A DNA stretch of 64,000 bases from assembly GCA_964459845.1 (NCBI GenBank), contig CAYWOC010000005.1, forward strand, positions 23,389-87,388, written 5' to 3'. Shown in pieces: positions 1 through 10,292 of this stretch. The position numbers and the translations under genes were made by a program. Under the pieces are notes generated by a model, which was not told where the DNA came from, did not search any database, and worked only from the letters and a program-made list of their open reading frames with translations. Source of the DNA: an uncultured Muribaculaceae bacterium (GTDB taxonomy: Bacteria; Bacteroidota; Bacteroidia; Bacteroidales; Muribaculaceae). Each line of letters starts with the position of its first letter. Position 1 is the first letter of the stretch.

Positions 1-1493
1 AAAGGCTGGTGTTCAATCGTGGCGATGGGGCAGCAGGCGCTAAAATAACTGCCGACAAAGACCTATATGGCAACCGTGAGCCTGTGGCAATGAATATTGA
101 CTTGAGCGAATTTGACGGTAAGGACGGAAGCATGGCGGTGTCGGTGACTGACAACAGCGTGGTGAATCGCGAGCACTCGCCTATGCTGCAAGCGCAAATG
201 CTGCTACAAGGCGATTTGAAGGGGTACGTTGAAGACGTAAACTATTATTTCAGCACTGACGGTGACACGAAAGCGGCCGATGAGGCTCTTGACGCACTAA
301 TGCTGACGCAGGGCTGGTGCAGATACGATATTCCTAAAGTTATCAAGGCTGAATATGCCGAGCCGCAATTCCCGGTGGAACGCGGACAGGAGATAAGTGG
401 CACTATAAAAAGCTATTGGCGCAACAAACCTTTGCAGAACGCCTCAGCCAATATAATTGTGCCGAGTATGCTTTATGTGAACACTGTGAAATCAGACAAG
501 CAGGGGCGTTTCTGCCTGAACGGATTCGACTTCCCTGACGGAACGAAATATGTGCTACAGGCTCTTAACCAAAAAGGCGATAATGAGATGAATTTTGAGG
601 TAGATAAACAAAACTATCCGCTAATATCTAATGTGCCGTTGAGTGCCGCAGGTGGCGTGCATAGCACTGGGCTTTTTGTGAATAATGAATATGCACGGTT
701 GAATATGACAGGACGGCTCTCGGTGCTGTTGAACGAGATAGAGGTGAAAGCCTATAAGCAGATTCAATATGAGAATTATCATTATGACTCGATGCTTGAC
801 CGATGGTATCAGGGTCGTGTGATAAAGACGTTTACAGCAAAGGATATAGAGAATTATGGGTTATCTTCTTTTCAAGATGTGATTGAGAGGCTTCCCGGAG
901 TGGCATTCAACAACGACGGTTATCTGATAGCTGTAAGCCAAAGCGTCAGCAACAGGATGAACACTGTGCTGTTCGATAACGACGGCTCGATTGTCACTAA
1001 AAACAGCGGAGTTAATGGCAAGTCGGAGAATATAGTTCCTGTCATAGTGAACGGTAAGGGTTTTCAAGAAAGAGCGCAAGGCGGAGGACCGTTAGGCACA
1101 GTCAGATTGAAGGAGTTGGAGGACGAGATTCCGTTTGATATAGTTGATAAGGTAGTGTTCAATGGAAACCTTGTAATAACCACAAAAGAGGGAACTGAGC
1201 GTTTCATAGGCAAGAAGCAGGCTCCGCAGTTGAAAACTATTGTTCCGCTTGGGTATCAACGTCCGGCAGAGTTCTACAGCCCGAGGTATGAAGCGGCTGT
1301 AAGTGAGGCTGCTGTTGCCGATTTGAGGAGTACAGTCTATTGGAATCCGAATGTGAAAACTGGAGCAGACGGCAAGACGCACTTTGCATTCTATACCAAT
1401 GATATGCTGAACACCAGCTACACCGTAACAGTGGAAGGTCTTACAAGCAGCGGAGAGCTTATCCATGCTGTGAAGACAATCAAAGTCAAGTAG
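1..1493 (+). CDS. C-terminal part of a large secreted or outer-membrane-associated protein with CarboxypepD_reg/MG2-like beta-sandwich modules; the 5' end lies outside the window
   Basis: The frame of ORF 9..1493 is open to the window edge and ends at TAG 1491-1493. Segments such as KSDKQGRFCLNGFDFPDGTKYVLQA and STVYWNPNVKTGADGKTHFAFYTND resemble Bacteroidota carboxypeptidase-regulatory-like or macroglobulin-type modules. The family call is from memory only. Confidence 0.45.
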   Translation, partial: RLVFNRGDGAAGAKITADKDLYGNREPVAMNIDLSEFDGKDGSMAVSVTDNSVVNREHSPMLQAQMLLQGDLKGYVEDVNYYFSTDGDTKAADEALDALMLTQGWCRYDIPKVIKAEYAEPQFPVERGQEISGTIKSYWRNKPLQNASANIIVPSMLYVNTVKSDKQGRFCLNGFDFPDGTKYVLQALNQKGDNEMNFEVDKQNYPLISNVPLSAAGGVHSTGLFVNNEYARLNMTGRLSVLLNEIEVKAYKQIQYENYHYDSMLDRWYQGRVIKTFTAKDIENYGLSSFQDVIERLPGVAFNNDGYLIAVSQSVSNRMNTVLFDNDGSIVTKNSGVNGKSENIVPVIVNGKGFQERAQGGGPLGTVRLKELEDEIPFDIVDKVVFNGNLVITTKEGTERFIGKKQAPQLKTIVPLGYQRPAEFYSPRYEAAVSEAAVADLRSTVYWNPNVKTGADGKTHFAFYTNDMLNTSYTVTVEGLTSSGELIHAVKTIKVK

Positions 1494-1517
1494 CTCAACA
1501 AAAACATGATTTGAAGA

Positions 1518-1572
1518 AAACAAATAGGCTGGCAAGACTGATTCTCTCAGTTTGCCAGCCTATTTGTTTTTG
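1518..1572. terminator. Bidirectional rho-independent terminator between convergent genes
   Basis: There is a perfect 18-bp stem, aaacaaataggctggcaa / ttgccagcctatttgttt, with a 16-nt loop. It is A-rich upstream and T-rich downstream, and sits between the + ORF stop (1493) and the nqrF stop (1600). Confidence 0.65.
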
Positions 1573-1599
1573 TTGTGTGTGTATATATAACAGCTTGTA

Positions 1600-2889
1600 T
1601 TATCCGCCGAAGTTGTCGAAATGGATACTTTCGGCATCAACGCCAAGATCGAACAGCATATTTTCTACAGCTTTGCTCATAGGACCTGGACCGCACATGT
1701 AGTATTCTATATCTTCAGGCGCATCGTGGTCTTTGAGATAAGTGTTGTACATTACTTGATGAACAAATCCAGCAGTGTATTTCACGCCAGCAGCATCGGC
1801 AGCCGGGTCGGGGCGGTCGAGCGCAAGATGGAACGTGAAGTTTGGAAACTCCTTTTCAAGCTCCAAGAAGTCTTTAAGATAGAACACCTCGTTAAGCGCG
1901 CGCGCTCCATAGAAGAACGACATCTTGCGGTCGGTGGTGTGCAGCGTCTTTGTCATGTGCATGATTTGCGCACGAAGAGGAGCCATGCCGGCACCGCCAC
2001 CCACCCATATCATCTCTTTCTTCGAGTCGAAGATAGGGTGGAAGTCGCCGTAAGGACCGCTCATAATCACTTTGTCGCCCGGTTTCAGGGTAAAGATATA
2101 AGATGAGGCTATGCCCGGCGACACCTCTTGGAATCCCACTTGAGGTTTCGGCTTGAACGGTGGAGTGGCAATGCGCACAGTGAGCATTATGCGGTCGCCC
2201 TCGGCAGGGTAGTTCGCCATTGAGTAGGCACGTATTGTAGGCTCGGTATTCTTGCATTTAAGCGAGAACAGTCCGAACTTCTCCCAAGCCGGAAGATATT
2301 CGGCTCCGATGGAATCCTTGTCGATATCGACGTTGTAGTCCATATCGTAGGCAGGAATGCGAATCTGCGCATAAGAGCCAGGCAAGAAATTCATGTGTTC
2401 GCCCGGAGGAAGAGCCACGATGAACTCCTTGATGAACGTAGCCACGTTCTTGTTGGAAATGACCTCGCATTCCCATTCCTTGATTTCAAGAACCGAGTCT
2501 TCAACAATTATGTCCATGTCTTCCTTTACCTTTACTTGGCATCCGAGCCTCCAATGAGCCTGCTGCTCCTTGCGGCTGAAGTGGACAGTCTCGGTCGGAA
2601 GGATGTTGCCGCCACCTTCGGTGACACGCACGCGGCACTGCCCGCAACTGCCTTTGCCGCCGCAAGCCGAAGCAAGGTGTATGTCGTTTTCGGCAAGAGT
2701 GGCAAGCAGCGAAGAGCCAGTCTCGACCTCAATGTTCTTCTTTCCGTCGTTGATATTGATGTGGATTTTGCCCGAAGGGACAAGATAATGTTTAGCCACA
2801 AGCAGAATCACCACAAGCAGCAAAGTTACAATAAGGAATATTACTGCACTTGATATGACGGTCAATGATTGAATATCTGATAGTACCAT
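1600..2889 (-). CDS. nqrF: Na+-translocating NADH:quinone oxidoreductase subunit F
   Basis: The protein has an N-terminal TM helix and a 2Fe-2S ferredoxin motif (CGGKGSCGQCRV). The C-terminal half is an FAD/NADH-binding ferredoxin-reductase type region (RAYSMAN, GGGAGMAPL). It is the last gene of a six-gene nqr array. Confidence 0.95.
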   Translation of the reverse strand: MVLSDIQSLTVISSAVIFLIVTLLLVVILLVAKHYLVPSGKIHININDGKKNIEVETGSSLLATLAENDIHLASACGGKGSCGQCRVRVTEGGGNILPTETVHFSRKEQQAHWRLGCQVKVKEDMDIIVEDSVLEIKEWECEVISNKNVATFIKEFIVALPPGEHMNFLPGSYAQIRIPAYDMDYNVDIDKDSIGAEYLPAWEKFGLFSLKCKNTEPTIRAYSMANYPAEGDRIMLTVRIATPPFKPKPQVGFQEVSPGIASSYIFTLKPGDKVIMSGPYGDFHPIFDSKKEMIWVGGGAGMAPLRAQIMHMTKTLHTTDRKMSFFYGARALNEVFYLKDFLELEKEFPNFTFHLALDRPDPAADAAGVKYTAGFVHQVMYNTYLKDHDAPEDIEYYMCGPGPMSKAVENMLFDLGVDAESIHFDNFGG

Positions 2890-2896
2890 TTTGCGA

Positions 2897-3511
2897 TTAC
2901 AGTTTAATGCCGAGGAAGCTCATGAAAGCTATTCCCATAAGGCCGGTGATAATAAATGTTATGCCTATTCCGCGTAGAGGTGCGGGGACATTAGAGTAGG
3001 CAAGTTTCTCGCGTATGGCAGCAAGTCCGACGATGGCAAGCAGCCAGCCAAGTCCGGAGCCGGCACCATATACGGTGGCAGTCAGCACCGATCCGAAGTC
3101 TTTCTGCTGCATGAACAGGCAGGCTCCGAGGATGGCGCAGTTCACGGCAATCAGCGGAAGGAATATTCCGAGTGAGGCATATAGTGACGGAGAGAACTTC
3201 TCTACAGCCATTTCCACGAGCTGCGTGAGCGATGCTATGACAGCGATGAACATAATCAGAGCAAGGAAGCTGAGATCCACATCGGCATATTCTGCACCGA
3301 GCCAAGACAAAGCTCCCGGCTGGAGCACATAGGTGTTGAGCAGATAGCAAATCGGCAGCGATACTATAAGCATGAATGTAACGGCTATGCCAAGTCCGAA
3401 AGCCGTTTTGACGTTTTTGGATACTGCAAGAAAAGAGCACATACCCAAAAAGTAGGCGAAAATCATATTGTCGATGAAAATCGAGCGGACAAATAAATCT
3501 AAATTTTCCAT
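2897..3511 (-). CDS. nqrE: Na+-translocating NADH:quinone oxidoreductase subunit E
   Basis: This is a 204-aa polytopic membrane protein of the NqrE/RnfA type (AVNCAILG motif). It sits between nqrD and nqrF. Confidence 0.93.
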   Translation of the reverse strand: MENLDLFVRSIFIDNMIFAYFLGMCSFLAVSKNVKTAFGLGIAVTFMLIVSLPICYLLNTYVLQPGALSWLGAEYADVDLSFLALIMFIAVIASLTQLVEMAVEKFSPSLYASLGIFLPLIAVNCAILGACLFMQQKDFGSVLTATVYGAGSGLGWLLAIVGLAAIREKLAYSNVPAPLRGIGITFIITGLMGIAFMSFLGIKL

Positions 3512-3537
3512 ATCTTCTTAATGAGTCGGTGTAACGG

Positions 3538-4161
3538 TTATTTTTCTTGAAGGTCTTTATTGCGTGAGCGATGAACCCAAATAATGCAAGCCAGCGTGAT
3601 GAGAGCCATCGGCGGAAGTATCATAAGGCCGTTGTTCATATATCCCAAGTCGTAGAAAGCCTGTGGCACCACCTGCACGCCAAACAGCGTGCCAGAGCCG
3701 AGCAGCTCGCGGAAGAATGCCACTATTACGAGAATGATGGCATATCCCACGCCGTTGCCGATTCCGTCGAGGAATGCCGGCCAAGGCTTGTTGCTGAGGG
3801 CGAAAGCCTCAAGACGTCCCATGAGGATGCAGTTGGTGATGATAAGTCCGATAAACACCGACAAGGCTTTGCTCACCTCATAGTTATAAGCTTTCAGCAC
3901 TTGATCTACGATAATCACAAGCGCAGCCACCACCACGAGTTGCACGATGATGCGGATACTGTTTGGAATGGTGTTTCGGATGAGAGATATAATCACATTC
4001 GAGAAGGCAAGGACGGCGATTACGGAAATCCCCATCACGATAGCCGGTTCGAGCTTGGCGGTGACGGCAAGCGACGAACAGATACCCAGAACCTGAACAA
4101 TCACAGGATTGTCTTTCGATAGAGGGTTGAATAAAACTTCTTTATTTCTTTTCGATAACAT
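3538..4161 (-). CDS. nqrD: Na+-translocating NADH:quinone oxidoreductase subunit D
   Basis: This is a 207-aa polytopic membrane protein of the NqrD/RnfE type (LGICSSLAVT, ITNCILMGR). Operon context supports the call. Confidence 0.93.
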   Translation of the reverse strand: MLSKRNKEVLFNPLSKDNPVIVQVLGICSSLAVTAKLEPAIVMGISVIAVLAFSNVIISLIRNTIPNSIRIIVQLVVVAALVIIVDQVLKAYNYEVSKALSVFIGLIITNCILMGRLEAFALSNKPWPAFLDGIGNGVGYAIILVIVAFFRELLGSGTLFGVQVVPQAFYDLGYMNNGLMILPPMALITLACIIWVHRSRNKDLQEK

Positions 4162-4178
4162 AATCGCAAATTGTTTTG

Positions 4179-4895
4179 TTATTTAGAGTTGCGGGTATTC
4201 AAGTTGCTTAGAAATGCGCTGTAGTCGGCAAGGCAGTCTTTCAGCATTGCTTCCACACCCTTGCTTGTCACAGTGCCGCCCGATATGGCATTCACATAGT
4301 CGGAGCCGTCGGTAGGTGTTTGACCTGATTTCATGACGGCGATTGAATGGAACTTTCCGCCTTTGTAAAGCTCCTTGCCATTGAACTGGTTTTGGAAAGC
4401 AGGCTTCGCGATTTCAGCTCCAAGCCCTGGCGTCTCTCCCTGATGCGAGAAGTATGCGCCATACACTGTGGTTCCGTCGTCATCGACAGCCACATACCCC
4501 CATATGGGTCCCCACAGTCCTGCGCCATATACTGGCAAGATATACTTCACGCTTCCGTCTTCAAGATAGCACTCAAAGACTGGAAGGTTGCGTTGCTCGG
4601 CGGGCTTCTTGATTTCATCTGCCATATTCACGGCAAATGCGTCGCCGTCGATAGTCTCGCCTTTGTCGTTCACTATATAGGAATTGGTGACAACTTCCTC
4701 GTAGGTCTCTTTCACGCTTTTGCCATCGACAGAGGCAATATGCACTGCGCTAAGAATCTGCATACGCTTGTCGTTGGCGATGTTTTCGTCTTGTTTAGGC
4801 TTTAGAGCCATATAAGTGAGGGCAAGCACAGCTCCCACCACTACGACCATTACAGCCGAATAAATTATAGTGTAAGTATTGCTTTGTTTGTTCAT
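4179..4895 (-). CDS. nqrC: Na+-translocating NADH:quinone oxidoreductase subunit C (FMN-binding)
   Basis: The protein has a single N-terminal TM helix and an FMN_bind-type domain. The flavinylation-type motif SGGTVTS lies near the C-terminus. Operon context supports the call. Confidence 0.9.
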   Translation of the reverse strand: MNKQSNTYTIIYSAVMVVVVGAVLALTYMALKPKQDENIANDKRMQILSAVHIASVDGKSVKETYEEVVTNSYIVNDKGETIDGDAFAVNMADEIKKPAEQRNLPVFECYLEDGSVKYILPVYGAGLWGPIWGYVAVDDDGTTVYGAYFSHQGETPGLGAEIAKPAFQNQFNGKELYKGGKFHSIAVMKSGQTPTDGSDYVNAISGGTVTSKGVEAMLKDCLADYSAFLSNLNTRNSK

Positions 4896-4912
4896 TTTGT
4901 TGTCCTCCCTTT

Positions 4913-6124
4913 CTATTTGTTGGTTTTAGCGCGGTTAAGACGACGCTTGATGTTGAAACTTACTATGCAGTGGTCGATAAGCGGAGCGAATGCGTTCATA
5001 AACAAAACTGCGAGCATTGCGCCCTCGGGATAGCCACCGTTATACACGCGGATTAGGATGGCAAGAACACCAATCATAAAGCCATATATGTATTTTCCTG
5101 TTTCGGTGCGTGCGCCGGTCACGGGGTCGGTTGCCATGAATACTGCCGCAAAAGCAAATCCGCCCAAGCAAATTTGGTCGATAGGCGAGAGCAAGGATGC
5201 CGGATAAGTGGGGCTGGCGAATGAGTGGGCGATGAATGCCATGAACAGTCCGCCGACGAATACCGAACCCATAATCTTCCATGATGCCACACCTGTGATG
5301 AGCAAGATTGCCGCGCCAATCAATATGCATAGGGTGGAGACTTCACCCACCGATCCCGGAATGAAACCGAGAAAAGCGTCGAGGGTGGATAGCGGCTCGC
5401 CTATGATATTTGTGAGCGACAAGTTTTGGCTGCCGCTTGAGATTGCTACTTGTCCGAGCGGAGTGGCTCCGGAGAATGCCTGGCTCACAGTTCCGCCTCC
5501 GAAGCCGAAAACAGAATCGGTGGCAACGAATGCTGCATCGCCCGACATCTTCGACGGATAGCCGAAGAACAATACGGCGCGAGTGATAAGAGCCACATTG
5601 AATATGTTCATGCCAGTTCCGCCAAAAACCTCTTTGGCGAAGATTACGGCAAATGCCGTGGCGACAGCCACCATCCACACAGGAGTGTTGATAGGACATA
5701 TCATAGGAATAAGGATTCCCGATACGAGGAATCCCTCCTGAATCTCGTGGCGGCGAATTTGTGCGCCGATAAACTCGATGCCAAGGCCTACGGCATAAGA
5801 GACAACAATTTTAGGCAGGATGGCAAGCAGACCGAAGATGAACATCGACACGAAGCCTGCGCCCGGCTCGCCGATGGCGAGGAAATGCTGATATCCTATA
5901 TTGTAGATTCCGAATAGCAGGGCTGGCACAAGCGCAAGAATCACAACACTCATTGTGCGCTTGGTGTCGTTGCTGTCGTGTATATGCACTCCCGATGCCG
6001 ATGTGGTGTTGGGGGTGAGAAGAAACGACTCAAAGCCTTCAAACACCGACTGGAGCTTTTGGTATTTCCCGCCGGGCATGAAGTTGGGCTTCACCTTATC
6101 TAAATATTTTCTTAGAGCTTTCAC
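4913..6124 (-). CDS. nqrB: Na+-translocating NADH:quinone oxidoreductase subunit B
   Basis: This is a 403-aa polytopic NqrB/RnfD-type protein carrying the flavinylation motif SGATPLG. Operon context supports the call. Confidence 0.95.
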   Translation of the reverse strand: MKALRKYLDKVKPNFMPGGKYQKLQSVFEGFESFLLTPNTTSASGVHIHDSNDTKRTMSVVILALVPALLFGIYNIGYQHFLAIGEPGAGFVSMFIFGLLAILPKIVVSYAVGLGIEFIGAQIRRHEIQEGFLVSGILIPMICPINTPVWMVAVATAFAVIFAKEVFGGTGMNIFNVALITRAVLFFGYPSKMSGDAAFVATDSVFGFGGGTVSQAFSGATPLGQVAISSGSQNLSLTNIIGEPLSTLDAFLGFIPGSVGEVSTLCILIGAAILLITGVASWKIMGSVFVGGLFMAFIAHSFASPTYPASLLSPIDQICLGGFAFAAVFMATDPVTGARTETGKYIYGFMIGVLAILIRVYNGGYPEGAMLAVLFMNAFAPLIDHCIVSFNIKRRLNRAKTNK

Positions 6125-6162
6125 TTTATAATATTTAATAATAGATTACGTTTTTTAGTGGG

Positions 6163-7488
6163 TTAATTCATCTCTTTGCGCAGACGGTCAAGCCCATCGC
6201 GCACGATGCGCTGTAGCTCAAGCTTAGAAGTGTCGGCAAATTCGCACAGCGCGAAATCCTCGGGGGCAACTTCGTAGATGCCGAGCTGCTCCATCTTGTC
6301 GATGTCGAAAGCTATGATGGCTTTAATCAGAAATTCAGCGTAGATGTCCATAGGCAGCATCTTGTCGTATTCGCCAGACATGATGATGGCTCGCTCTCCG
6401 CCATTCAGCTTAGCGTCGAAGCTTGCCGGACGCTTGTGCGGCAGCAGCCAGCGCGTGAACGAATGGTAGAGGCTGAATTTCTTCGGGCTGAGCGAAGCCC
6501 ATCCCATGAATTCGGCATCGTCCTTCACTTCAGGAATCACGGTGACTTGGCGGTAGGGGTAATGCAGATAACCGTCGGTAGAAGTTTTGACACCTGTCAG
6601 CACATTGCCGCAGATGATGCGGGAATTGCCTGTGTCGGTGATGTTGCCGTCGGTCAGCGACTTGAGGTCGCAGCCCATTGTGCAACTTAGGTATTTCGGC
6701 TCTTTCACATTTTCACCCACTATGGCAACTGTGGTAGTGAACGGCACTTTACCCGTGGCGATAAGCTCACCGAGACGCACCACCGTCACGGCATCGACTG
6801 TCCACACCGTTTCTCCCTTGTTCACTGGCTTCACATTGGCTATTTGGATGCCGGCGTTTCCGGCAGGGTGAGGCCCATCAAAAGATATTACTTGGCAATT
6901 CTTGGCATTGAACGAGAATCCCGGTCTCACACCGAGAAATACTGAACCGTCGGTGAGCTTTGCAAGCGCATCAATACCTTTCTGCAAGAAGCCTTCTTTC
7001 CCTTTGATGAGAAAACTGAAGTCGGGAGCAAGAGGTGCAGAGTCGAATGCTGTGATGAAAATGTCGCGCGGGCGTATGTCGGGGGCGGGAACGATGTCGT
7101 AGGGACGCTGGCGCATACAGCACCACAATCCAGAGTCGAGCAGCAATTGCTTGGTGTCGGCATTTTTTGTGTCGAAAGTCTTGCAGCCTTGGCTGCCGTC
7201 GGGGAAAATCTCTATGGCAAGAATCTTTCGACGCTCGCCGCGCACAACCGCCTTCACGCTCCCCGCAACAGGCGAAGTCACTTTAATCTCAGGATGGTTT
7301 TTGTCGTGCATAAGCACGTCGCCGGCAAGCACCTTGTCGCCTTCCTTCACATCGAGGCGAGGAACGATGCCTGTGAAGTCGTCGGGTACCACAGCAAAGC
7401 TTGAAGCCGTTGCCGCTGTGACGGCATTGCTGGTCACGGCACCTTTTAGGCTTAGGTTAAATCCTTTTTTTAATTTGATATTGGTCAT
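6163..7488 (-). CDS. nqrA: Na+-translocating NADH:quinone oxidoreductase subunit A
   Basis: This is a 441-aa soluble NqrA-like protein (MTNIKLKKGFNLSLKG..., GPHPAGN). It is the first gene of the nqr array. Confidence 0.95.
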   Translation of the reverse strand: MTNIKLKKGFNLSLKGAVTSNAVTAATASSFAVVPDDFTGIVPRLDVKEGDKVLAGDVLMHDKNHPEIKVTSPVAGSVKAVVRGERRKILAIEIFPDGSQGCKTFDTKNADTKQLLLDSGLWCCMRQRPYDIVPAPDIRPRDIFITAFDSAPLAPDFSFLIKGKEGFLQKGIDALAKLTDGSVFLGVRPGFSFNAKNCQVISFDGPHPAGNAGIQIANVKPVNKGETVWTVDAVTVVRLGELIATGKVPFTTTVAIVGENVKEPKYLSCTMGCDLKSLTDGNITDTGNSRIICGNVLTGVKTSTDGYLHYPYRQVTVIPEVKDDAEFMGWASLSPKKFSLYHSFTRWLLPHKRPASFDAKLNGGERAIIMSGEYDKMLPMDIYAEFLIKAIIAFDIDKMEQLGIYEVAPEDFALCEFADTSKLELQRIVRDGLDRLRKEMN

Positions 7489-7930
7489 TATCGATAAATT
7501 GTTTCATTCAAATGTAATGCAAAGTTAGCCAAAAAAGTTGTGCTATAATAATATTAATGTGAAAAAATGCCAGTTTGCGGCTCGTGCAAAGGACGTGATG
7601 ACAAAACTGTGGACTGAATTAGCTCCAGAGCTTGGCAAAATGTGATATATTGCAAAAAAAATCGCAATCAGATAATAAAAAATGATAGATTAGCGTTGTG
7701 TTATTGAAATGTTTTTAATACATTTGCCAATAGTTTTGCCGACATCTGTGCGCATGTCAGCAAAGATTGCGTAGATATTTTTTTAAATCTATGTGGCACA
7801 ACACAGTAGCAGAAAGGAGGCGAAAAAACATCTCAAGGCAGAAGAGAAATGAAAATAGTAAGAAATTACTAATAACATTAACAAATAAATTAAACAATTA
7901 ATTTTTAACAAATTTTTATTCAATTAAATT

Positions 7931-8743
7931 ATGGAAGCTCAAAAGCCTAACCAAAAAGCGAACAAGGGCGTTAGCAGCAATGTTCGTGGTATTAAGAATG
8001 CATTCTTAGTAATTTGTGCCTGTGCAGTAGTTGCAGTTTGCCTATTCATCTTTGTATTGGGTGCAGAAAGCAACTTCGAGAACGGACACCCAGTGAACCT
8101 ACTTGGTACAGTGTACAAGGGTGGTTTCATCGTGCCAGTACTTCAAACTTTGTTCTTGACAGTAATCGTATTGTCGGTAGAACGTTGGTTTGCACTATCA
8201 TCAGCAAAGGGTAAAGGTAGCATACCTAAGTTTGTTGCAAATGTGAAAGCAGCTCTTTCAACAAACGACATCGCAAAAGCACAAGACCTTTGCCGCAAGC
8301 AACAAGGTTCTGTAGGTGCAATCGTTTATGCAGCACTTTTGAAATATGACGAAATGGACAAGAACGCTTCTCTTTCTAAGGAGCAAAAACTTACAACAAT
8401 CCAAAAGGAACTTGAAGAAGCAACAGCATTGGAAATGCCATCATTGCAACAAAACTTGCCTATCGTTGCAACATTGACAACACTTGGTACTCTTGTCGGA
8501 CTTCTTGGTACTGTGCTCGGTATGATCAAGTCATTCCAGGCATTGTCAGCATCAGGTGCTCCTGATTCAACAGAACTTTCAACAGGTATCTCTGAGGCAC
8601 TTGTAAATACTGCATTCGGTATCGCAACAGGTGCATGCGCCGTTATTTCTTATAACTTCTATACAAACAAGATCGATAACTTGACTTACGCTATCGACGA
8701 GGTAGGTTTCTCAATTGTTCAAACATTTGCAGCAACTCACTAA
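7931..8743 (+). CDS. exbB: MotA/TolQ/ExbB family proton-channel protein
   Basis: The protein has three TM segments and the conserved C-terminal block LGTLVGLLGTVLGMIKSF...ISEALVNTAFGIATG typical of ExbB/TolQ. Two exbD genes and tonB follow it. Confidence 0.85.
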   Translation: MEAQKPNQKANKGVSSNVRGIKNAFLVICACAVVAVCLFIFVLGAESNFENGHPVNLLGTVYKGGFIVPVLQTLFLTVIVLSVERWFALSSAKGKGSIPKFVANVKAALSTNDIAKAQDLCRKQQGSVGAIVYAALLKYDEMDKNASLSKEQKLTTIQKELEEATALEMPSLQQNLPIVATLTTLGTLVGLLGTVLGMIKSFQALSASGAPDSTELSTGISEALVNTAFGIATGACAVISYNFYTNKIDNLTYAIDEVGFSIVQTFAATH

Positions 8744-8817
8744 TACTTTTATACAACATCTGTTTAATGGTATTAGTAAATCAACCAATTTTATAATTTT
8801 ATAAGAAACAACCAAAT

Positions 8818-9519
8818 ATGGGAAAAGTTAAAATCAAAAGGAAGAGTACATTCATCGACATGACGGCGATGAGTGACGTTACTGTACTTTTGCTTACTTT
8901 CTTCATGTTGACCTCTACATTCTTGCAGAAGGAGCCAATCACCGTTATCACTCCATCGTCTGTGTCAGAAATCAAGGTTCCTACAATGAACTTGATGACT
9001 GTGCTTGTCAGCCCGGAAGGTAACGTGTTCTTGTCGCTTGCCGGTGACAAGGATTCACTCTATTCAAGTGAAAAGATGAGAGCTGAACTTCTGCTTAATG
9101 TAGCATCAGAATATAACAAAATTCATTCCAACAAGATTGAGTTCACTCAAGCCGAAGTTGATAAATTCTCGAAGACCAATATGTTTGGTGTCAGCATCGC
9201 AGAATTGAAAGGCTGGCTTGATATGTCTCAAGACAAGATGGATGAATATATCGACCCAAGCAAGAATAAGAAAGCTGGTATTCCAATCGATATGAACGAG
9301 AATTTGGATAAGCCAAATGAGTTCCAGATTTGGATGCGCGCAGCTTACAACTCATCAGATGCCAACTTGCAAGCAGCCATGAAGAGTGGTGAAGGTATTG
9401 CAATCAAGGCTGATAAGGGTACTCCTTATTCAAAGATTCAGGTCGTTATGGATAATCTGCAAACATTGAAGATGAATAAGTTTAGTTTAATGACCGCTTT
9501 AAAAAGTGAGGAAGATTAA
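8818..9519 (+). CDS. exbD: ExbD/TolR family biopolymer transport protein
   Basis: The N-terminal motif IDMTAMSDVTVLLLTFFML matches the ExbD signature. The gene lies downstream of exbB. Confidence 0.8.
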   Translation: MGKVKIKRKSTFIDMTAMSDVTVLLLTFFMLTSTFLQKEPITVITPSSVSEIKVPTMNLMTVLVSPEGNVFLSLAGDKDSLYSSEKMRAELLLNVASEYNKIHSNKIEFTQAEVDKFSKTNMFGVSIAELKGWLDMSQDKMDEYIDPSKNKKAGIPIDMNENLDKPNEFQIWMRAAYNSSDANLQAAMKSGEGIAIKADKGTPYSKIQVVMDNLQTLKMNKFSLMTALKSEED

Positions 9520-9524
9520 TAATT

Positions 9525-10247
9525 ATGGCACAAATTGAAAGTAATGGTGGTGGCAAAGGTAAAAGCCACCAGAAGAAAATGGAGATACGTGTTGACTTCA
9601 CCCCTATGGTGGATATGAACATGCTCCTTATCACCTTCTTCATGCTTTGTACCACAATGATTAAGTCGCAGACTTTGCAAATAAGTCTTCCTACTAATGA
9701 AAAAGTGGACAAACAGGAACAAAACAAGGTAAAACAATCTGAAGCTATCACTATCATCCTTGACAGTGAACTTGACGACAAGGGCGTACCTACTAAGGAC
9801 TTCGTGTACTACTATGAAGGTATGCCTAATACTGAGGCTGACGCAAGCGGACACTTGACTGCAAACAACATGAAAGAAATCGCTTTCGAGCCTAATCAGA
9901 ACGGTGCTCCTCAAGGTATCCGTAAAATCTTGCACGAACGCAACGAGCAAGTGCTTGAGAAGATCAACGAGCTGAAGAAGAAATGGAAAGACAACGAATT
10001 TTCTAAGAACAAAGAGCAAAACGATAGCCTTTATCAAATTGCTGCCAAGAAAGTTCGTAACGACTCTACTCTTACTCGCCCTGTTGTAATCATCAAGGCC
10101 ACTCCTAACGCTTCGTTTGCAAGCTTGGTTACCGCTCTTGACGAAATGCAGATTAATAGTATCAGCCGTTATCAGATCGACCGTATCAACGCTGTTGACT
10201 CGGCTCTTATGATTGACTGCAAGGCTAAAGGTCTAAAGCATAACTGA
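9525..10247 (+). CDS. exbD: ExbD/TolR family biopolymer transport protein (second copy)
   Basis: It carries the ExbD TM signature DFTPMVDMNMLLITFFML. The C-terminal VVIKATPNASFASLVTALDEM region is an ExbD periplasmic domain. Confidence 0.8.
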   Translation: MAQIESNGGGKGKSHQKKMEIRVDFTPMVDMNMLLITFFMLCTTMIKSQTLQISLPTNEKVDKQEQNKVKQSEAITIILDSELDDKGVPTKDFVYYYEGMPNTEADASGHLTANNMKEIAFEPNQNGAPQGIRKILHERNEQVLEKINELKKKWKDNEFSKNKEQNDSLYQIAAKKVRNDSTLTRPVVIIKATPNASFASLVTALDEMQINSISRYQIDRINAVDSALMIDCKAKGLKHN

Positions 10248-10292
10248 TGATTGATTTAATTTTTATGAACAATTAAAAAAGGAATTTTAATT

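Noticed and set aside
7813-7872. A Shine-Dalgarno-like aaaggagg (7813..7820) followed by a 7-codon mini-ORF ATG AAA ATA GTA AGA AAT TAC TAA (7849..7872) in the long exbB upstream region
   Set aside because: The spacing between the SD-like element and the ATG (about 28 nt) is too long for function. Bacteroidota rarely use SD sequences. A 7-codon ORF in AT-rich DNA is expected by chance. I cannot show this region is transcribed as a leader.
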